A stretch of DNA of 32,000 nt from contig BAAFSQ010000022.1 in assembly GCA_054661495.1 (NCBI GenBank), forward strand, positions 1 through 32,000, read 5' to 3'. Source of the DNA: Zygophlyctis sp. KS116 (taxonomy: Eukaryota > Fungi > Chytridiomycota). Each line of letters begins with the position of its first letter. Within the stretch, counting starts at the first letter, position 1. The position numbers were made by a program, and so were the translations under genes. The notes under the pieces are model-generated. The model ran no database searches and was not told the origin of the DNA. It saw nothing but the letters and a program-made list of their open reading frames with translations. Shown piece after piece: positions 24,493-32,000 of this stretch.

Positions 24493-27400
24493 TTAAGTAG
24501 TAAAGGACTCCTTTATTTCAGTCAGACTTGAACTCATCTTTTTAGTTGGCAAATATATCAATCTTACCTTGTTTAAACGTTCCTTTAATTCTTGACTAGT
24601 TGATGAAATTGATTCTGGAGGAGATTCCGGCTTTAATACTTGCATTAGACGCTTTACAAAACTACGATATTCTTGTTTTAGTTCAGTGACACGGGTCTTG
24701 GCTTCATTAGATGGATTTTCTAGAGCTTGCAAATGCGAAATTTCTAACTTGAGCCTCTTGAGAGATTCCATTATATCAGATGCTTCCGAATTCATACCTG
24801 ATACAGAGTAAGCTACACTTACTTCAGAAACAGCGGCATGGCTCTGATGTGACACTAGGCTATGACGGTCAATTCTTTCTGGGCGAACAGGAGTTGAGGG
24901 AGATGATAAAACTGATGAAGGAGACAATGGTTCCACAAGTTTTCTTCTAAGATCATTTTCAGAGAGTTCTAATCTTCCTGGTCGTTTTGGGCCTATTGAA
25001 TCTCTGACATTGGCTACTAAGCTTTTTACAACAGCTTCTTTTTTAAGCTTCATAATCTCCTTTACAAATTTCTTATTTTCTGCTTTCATACTTCCAAGAG
25101 CACTACCTAGATGATTCAAATATTCCTTGATTCTAGATGCAACATCAGTCAATGCTTGAAGCAGGTGGGAATTATATCTGCGTGTATCAATTACTGAATC
25201 ATCTGAAAAATCGGCAAGCTGTATCATATCATCAGCAGTGGGGTTAACTAAATGAGAAGGAAGAGAGCCTAGAAGAACAGGATCAAGCTCCAGGAATAAA
25301 CTGTGAATCATTCCGAGTATTCCCTGTAATGTGTCAGCTTCATTATCATCATTCATGCAAGGCCCAATAAATTCTTCTATTATTTTTCTAAGCCGGCTTA
25401 ATTCTACAGTACGACCCTTTTCCCATTCTCTTAATTTCATATTGAACTTATCCTGATCAGCTCCTTTTCTAGAAAGTTTTGATTCAACTTCGGCAGCTCG
25501 GCGATTTGCAGTTTGCAAAAGTCCATATGTATCTTTGATATGTATTTCTTTTTGTTCGATTTGGCTTCTTAATTCTGTTGATTCTTCTTCCATGGTTTCA
25601 CATTTTCTTTTCAATCGCTGAATTTTTCGTTTTGCCGCGTCCAGTAATCTATTGACTAAAGTGGGATCTAAATCACATTCTTCCTTGTTGAAAATTGCAG
25701 ACATGCGATAGCTCATTCTATGAGAAGGCTGGGCATCCTCTATCTCGCGGGAAGGAGAGCCATTAGGCGTATAAGGAGGAGAAATCTCGACTGAATTAAC
25801 CTGCAGCTGACCTAAAAGATCTTCCAGGTGCATAAACCCACGACTATAACGATTAGGTGTAGATCCATTGCTTTCTTCTTTCATGACTTGATCCATTTGC
25901 CACTTAAGATCAGCTTGTTCTTTTTCCAATCTTTTAATTTCGTTCTCATTCAAACTTCCATCCACTGATTTAAGAATTCTCAGATCTTCCAAAACCGCAT
26001 CTAAATTTGATTTTAAAATATCTTTATGAAGATGAAGCTGATTCATTTTACTAGAGTCAGTCAGGCCATCTAGATATTTAGGGGAAACAGCATTATCAAC
26101 AACTCGCTTAGTTTCTCCCATCTGTTTAATTACATCATCCTTTCTTCTTGCAAGATTTTCCAGTTCTTGAACCCGTGTTTGTAGACTTAGAATCTGCTGT
26201 GAGCGAGTTCTTTCGGCATCCTTTAACTGAGAAGATATACTGTGACCCATTTCAGTTGATTTCACCAAAGATTTTTTTACAATATCATACTGCGATTCCA
26301 TCTCAGAAATCTGCTTCGTCTTATCAGATAAAGCCAAATTTGATGATTCTAGTTGGCTCTCAAGCAGATCATAAGAACTCTGAAGAGCTTGTATTTGTGA
26401 TTCAAGACTGTTTATCAGGTCATCCCGCTCGTGAATTGATCGAGAAGATGTGACTTGAATTTCCTGCAGTTCTTCTTCAAGATGATTAACCTTCAAATCC
26501 AGGTTGTATATTACAGAGTTTGAAGAGTTCAAGGATGCGTCTGATTCAACAGTATTGATTACAGAGTCATATATCTGCTCTTTATTCAACTCTTGAGATA
26601 AAACAAAAGATGTATCCTCAAAAGCCCTTAATAAAGACTGCTGAATTCTCTGTAGAGGTTCAATTTGTACATTAACTTCTGAAAATGAATTGAGGATTAG
26701 ACTCTTCGGAATTGACCCTTTCTGACGCATTTCAGCATTAAGAAAGTCCCGAATTTCTTCAGAACTGGCATAGTCGAGCGGGATTTTCCCATTAGAATTA
26801 GGTTTTACCAAATCTGCACTATAATCGTGAACTAGAAGTCTGACAGTTTTCCAATCCCCCAATTGACAAGCATAATGTAACGGTCTGTTTCCTAGTGAAT
26901 CTTTGATATCTACCGGACATCCATTCTTTGCCAAGAATAGTGCAATTTGAAAAATCAAATCTGTAGACATAATATACTTTGGGTCGTCATTTAACAAGAA
27001 GGGATCCTTTTAAATTACAAAAAGAAAACACTTACATGTAATAAAAAATGCAGAGCATTCATTCCAGTCATGATATCAACAGCTTGCAAGTCTGCACCAG
27101 AAGCAACCAATATTTTCATCATCAGTTCAATAGTCTCCAATTTCAAAGGCCTATAGCGAAGAACATATAGTAGTATGGATAATCCTGTTTCTTCATCAAT
27201 AAGATTTGCTGCATTATTTTGTCTATCTAATAACACCTTGAGCCCGTGAACATTGCCAGTAGGTACACATGCAGCTAAAGATTGAAAAATAACGACTTCA
27301 TTTATACATTCATCAGTTTGAACCTGCAAGGAAGCGGTCGAATATTTGTTTTTAGCCACTAAATCACCATAAGGCGCCAAAAATGATGATAAATCAGTGT

Positions 27401-28414
27401 AGAAAGATGGATACTTTGCCTGTATTTCAGCCATCACCTCTGCTGGGAAAATATTCTAAAAATTTAGAAAGAATAACCATACATTTGCACCAATCGTCTG
27501 TAAACTAGCATCTTCCAACAGTCTGATAATATCAGGAAATTTTTTTCCATATTGTGCAGCCTTCCATCCATTATTATCTCGTAAATCAATCGAAGCATGT
27601 CTAGAAAGCAATTCTTGTACAACAGCTATATGCCCATCTCTAACAGCATACATTAGCGCAGAAGCCCCTAATCTTTAGATTTACACGCTTACCATTCTTA
27701 TCAGTAGAATCTACAGATACACCCATATCAATCAATTTCCCAACAATATCAACCTTACCCAGATAGGCTGCCAAGCATAATGGAGTAATACCTCTTAAGA
27801 AAGGTCCTTCTTGAGGAGAATTTGCATGTTGAATTATATCACTGTAAGAGAAGGAATCTGAACCCTAGTGTTTAGTATAGGCTTGGACCCAAGCGTCAAA
27901 TCCTTGAATTGCTAAGCTTGGCTTGGCTTGCTTAGCTAACCAACGGAGCAATTAAAAGATCTACCGCCCATTACATACCTTTAACAATATATTTATCATA
28001 TGTACATGGCGCTCATTACATGTAGTAATTTGTAGAAAATTTTCAGGAGAAATCACCAGCGTATCTAAATCTCCATAAATAGCGCAGATAATTGCTGATC
28101 TATATTTTAGTTTTAATAAACTTTTTTTACCTTGATCTCCCATCTTTCAAGATTGGATTTGCACCGTATCTCAATAATTCCTCTACAACTTCCACCGAAG
28201 AGAAGATGATTGCTAAATTCAGTGCTAGTGCTTCATAGACACTGCTTTCTTCCTTTTTCTTTACCGATTTCTTTCTGGAAGAAGCAGGTTTAAGAGTGAT
28301 CGAGTCCCAAGGTATTCTAACATTCAGATCAATCTTTTGGGAAAGACTCTTTGTAATCAGAGATCTATTATTATTAATGATTGCGACACAGAGTTCTCCA
28401 TGAGATGAACTCAT
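24493..28414 (-). CDS. Large ankyrin-repeat plus coiled-coil protein, about 7 exons
   Basis: Ankyrin motifs GITPLCLAAYLGKVDIV, GASALMYAVRDGH, GMNALHF, GNRPLHYACQLG, followed by a long heptad-rich region. Introns 28100-28130, 27865-27978, 27668-27692, 27456-27482, 27007-27035 and probably 24538-24567. Confidence 0.85.
27890..27970 (-). ncRNA. Candidate structured intronic RNA: ~81-nt imperfect hairpin
   Basis: Hand-folded stems of 6+9+7+6+3 bp, including 7 G-U pairs on the transcribed strand, inside the 114-nt intron 27865-27978. Confidence 0.5.
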
Positions 28415-28567
28415 ATTTAATTTTGTGAATATCCCCGCCGTTTTTAATAAAAGGTTTTCTTGTCCCCAACAAGCTCAGGACTGACTATTCAAAGCAGTCG
28501 TGGTACTTGTCGTGGCTTTTATAAAAATTTACGTGCAAAACGCTCAAATATCAGAGAAAGTTTATTG

Positions 28568-29052
28568 CTAGAATACGCTTCCTTCAGAAGGTTGTGTCAA
28601 TTTACGATTGGAAGGATGTGCCATTTCCCTATTGTTTAATAATAAAAATTACCTTCTTAATTCCGATAAAACTGTTTCCAATGTGTAACTTCTCTTCCAA
28701 GAAATTAATGTTGAAAGCTTTTCTACAGAGCCGTTTGATGAATTAACAGATGGTATATTAATCTTTGAGATAAAAGAGACTTTGGGAGGTGCATCTGGAT
28801 AATCAGGGCCACAAATAATCCTAAGAGAGTAAATACGATTCTCATGAGCAGTCTTGCGTTAAAGTATTACACTTACATTTGGAGGACCTATAATGGTTCC
28901 GTTCCAAGACTTTTTTGTAAAAATAAAAAATATACAGACATGTAAAGGTCATCTCCATCAGCAAGTCCATAGGATAAAGTGCCATCGCCAATTCCTTTCT
29001 CTCCCTTCTCTAATTCTTCCAACAACCTGAAATTTCGAGGAACTTTTGCCAT
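28568..29052 (-). CDS. MMS2: Ubiquitin-conjugating enzyme variant MMS2/UEV1, 4 exons
   Basis: [49 protein letters not shown]. Introns 28910-28935, 28853-28876, 28629-28652. Confidence 0.97.
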
Positions 29053-29106
29053 CTCAAAAACTAGGTTCAAAACTTCTTTTAGGTGATGTGCTCAATTTTA
29101 TTCAAA

Positions 29107-30871
29107 TTACTCTACTGATCCAGGTGCAATTACATCATCAATTTTCAAAACCATCTTTACCAATTGAGTAGACAACAGGAATTGAGATCGCTTAGAGATA
29201 AGGGGATCAAATACATGTTGAGAGCGCATATCTAGAATAAGGAAAATTTTATATACCATTAGATCCCTTCATGTTGCAATCTACTCCAAGGCGAGAATTA
29301 GATTCAGTAACCTGGCGAGATTTAACAGAAGTTAGTGTCTCAATAGGGCTAAGACCAGAGTTTTCCGCAAGAGCTAATGGGATCGCATCTAGAGCAGCTG
29401 CAAAAGATCGCATGGCATACTGTTCAATAGAAGATATTTCATCAGCTGCTTTGCTTACAGCCAAGGAACAGGTTATTTCAGCTGCACCACCTCCATACAC
29501 AACACGATTGTCACGAATTAAATTACGAACAACGCAAATTGCATCATGAATTGAACGTTTTGCTTCATCTATAATCTAGGCGTTAAGATCATCAAAATTA
29601 CCATCTTGTTACCACCTCGAACAAAAATAGTCACAGCTCTAGTATTTGCACATTCTTCAATAACCAACATACGATCTTTAGTAGTACCAAAAGCAATTTC
29701 CTTGACAATTCCTGCATATCCAAGTTTATCAGCTGAAAGTTCTTCAAAACGTGGGACAATTCTACCATTAGTAGCAATTGCAATAAGCTAATATATTATA
29801 TATCATACAATTACCTCAATTTCAGGACCTCCTACCCATCGTACAGAAGGTAACTGATTCTGAAGAAGTAAATGATTAGCTTCGTCATCAAAACCCCACT
29901 GACAAATAACTAAATTAGCTCCACAGTCCTTGACTTGTTTAACCATTTCCTCAAACTTTTTTTTTTCATACTCTTGTAATTTTTGAAATTCTTCGACAGA
30001 GGTAATATCCAACCTAGAATAAGATTTAAAATAAACATACTTGTGCTTTGTTTTTGGCTTTGGAGGTTCAAATGGACAAGTTAAAATGGCAATTTTAGCA
30101 TCCTTTACTGATTTTGGCATTTGAGGATGTGACATTTCTTTATCCACAACCACACCATATACTAAACAAGAATCCGCAAGCGAACCACCCATTTTACCAT
30201 CAACCTTTATAAGTTCAAAATCTACATCCTTTCTCTCCAAATCAGCGACTGACAACACTGCATCTACAGCCATTTCAGCAAACTGGTCATGACATTTAGA
30301 AACACTAAAATAATTATAATTTTCCTGATTACATTTTACTTCCAAGACAAGTCTTTGCAGTTTTTAGCAAAACTTCACGATGTCCTTTATCAAACTCTAC
30401 CACATCAGCTACTTTTTCCAAGTGTTGAACAGCAACTTGACAAGCTCTTTCGAATCCATCAGAAATACGAATGGGATGAATACCCTTGTCCAAAAGTATT
30501 TGAGCCTGTTCGAGTAAAGCCCCAGCAAGAACTACAACTCCGGTAGTTCCATCACCGATTTCATCATCTTGAGACTTGCTCAGCTGAACCAATAATTTTG
30601 CAATTTGATGTTCGACCTCCATCTGACTCAGAATAGTTGCACCATCATTAGTGACTGTTATATCTCCATCGGGGGAAATAAGAATCTTATCAAGGCCTCT
30701 TGGCCCCAATGAAGTTTTTAGGATTTCAGCAACGGCTTTAGCAGCAAGGATGTGCGACTTTTGCGCTTCCAGCCCAGAGATTCTAGACTTTTTTCCCTGG
30801 TCGCGAACTATCACAAAGGGTCTCCCATACTCATCTGTTGTATAGACTGCATCCATATTGTCTTGGGTCAT
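29107..30871 (-). CDS. CCT5: T-complex protein 1 subunit epsilon, 6 exons
   Basis: [59 protein letters not shown]. Introns 30305-30332, 30014-30040, 29788-29814, 29576-29601, 29232-29256. Confidence 0.98.
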
Positions 30872-31007
30872 TTTAATTTTTTTTCTGGAAAGCGAATAAG
30901 AGCGAATAAAAGTTGTAAGCGTTTTATAAAGTGAGAATTTAAATCCTTTTATATGGGAATAAAATTACATAGTATCACTAAAATGGTTTGTATGAAAGGA
31001 ATTCTAT

Positions 31008-32000
31008 TCAAAACAAAAACTCTCCATCGACAGTATCAGGAATAAATAATTCATACTCTGAGTGTTTGATTCTAAAAGAGAAACGAGGGCGATCAGCGTC
31101 TTGTTTCTTTCCGGCAGTTGAATCTATAATTTTAAATATATTTTTTAAATACAATGACCTGGTCCAGGAGTTGGCTTTTTAATTGACTTTCCTTGTTTAC
31201 CTTGTGTAACATAAGAATATCCAAGATAAAATGGAGATTGTAAATCATTTTCCCATTTACGTCCAAGAGAATATGCTGGAGGTGCTTTTTTAAGTTGCTT
31301 TAGATTAAGCGCAGAGTATGCTGCAGGTCCTGGTGAACCAATTACAACTTTAGGTAAACTTTTCAAATAAGTACATTTTCCAGGATGAGATGTCATAATA
31401 CTGAAACTAGGAGAAGCAGGAATAGTAATAAGAGGATGTGCTCCAATTGTAGAACCTACAGAGTCTAAAACATTACCTTAAAAAATATTACACTGTGCAG
31501 GCCCAGGATTAATGTTTGGTTTAATCATCTCTTTTCTACCTTGAATGGAATAAGCTGGAGCTTTTGGTTCTTTTATAGAAACAAAAGTAGGATTATAACG
31601 TCCGGGTCCTAAATTTCTTAATTGGAGAATATTACCTGGTGTATCTTTTCCTGGGCCATCAATCGCATCACCTTATATTTAAATACAACTATTACCTTTT
31701 TTATATCTACTTTGTAAAGAAAATGCTGGGCCTTTATTTTTTCCCATTCTAGTCGTTTGAGGGAAAAATGTGTTCGGACCTGGAGTCTGATAAGTATCTA
31801 TAATCAGTTTTATAAAAGTTACATTTCTTTTCAGTTAAATCATAATCAATCTTTGTCCCAAAAGAATAAGCGGGTGCTCTCTTTCCTGTCTTGGCATTCA
31901 ACCCAAGTGTAGATGGTAATGTGTATGCTGCCGGTCCAGGACCTTTAAATCTTGCAGCGATTGCAATTGTATGATCTTGCTTATCCGTTGCAATTAGATT
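31008..32000 (-). CDS. ODF3: ODF3/SHIPPO-1 (CIMAP1)-like PGP-repeat flagellar protein, 5'-truncated by the window edge
   Basis: Repeated PGPxxY and (A)PAYS motifs (GPGPAAY, TPGPGRY, NPGPAQY, SPGPAAY, TPGPGHY) and C-terminal PRFSFRIKHSEY. Introns 31798-31822, 31672-31695, 31609-31635, 31465-31491, 31348-31374, 31124-31152. Confidence 0.85.

Overview
AT-rich, very gene-dense eukaryotic DNA, most likely from a zoosporic (chytrid-type) fungus. This is inferred from a fungal-type TPS1 together with an ODF3/SHIPPO flagellar protein, CDKAL1 and QTRT2. About 18 protein-coding genes fill almost the whole 32 kb: glucosidase II alpha, OXA1, QTRT2, RPL5, RPL14, ABCF3, an ABCB/MDR transporter, a GCL-like BTB protein, CDKAL1, TRMT2A, a TPS-TPP fusion, a HERP-like protein, an ankyrin/coiled-coil protein, MMS2, CCT5, ODF3 and two orphans. 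The ORF track is fragmented by tiny introns. I traced 57 by hand: 55 are 23-34 nt and only two are long (118 and 114 nt). Both long ones look like a normal tiny intron carrying an ~81-nt folded RNA insert. The RPL5 intron holds a double-guide C/D box snoRNA (snR60/SNORD80-like). The ankyrin-gene intron holds an unexplained ~31-bp rod-like hairpin rich in G-U pairs. Other oddities are an 11/22-bp tandem array in the RPL5/RPL14 bidirectional promoter, function-matched head-to-head gene pairs, and intergenic gaps as small as 4-8 nt. All calls come from reading the sequence by eye; no database search or folding program was run.
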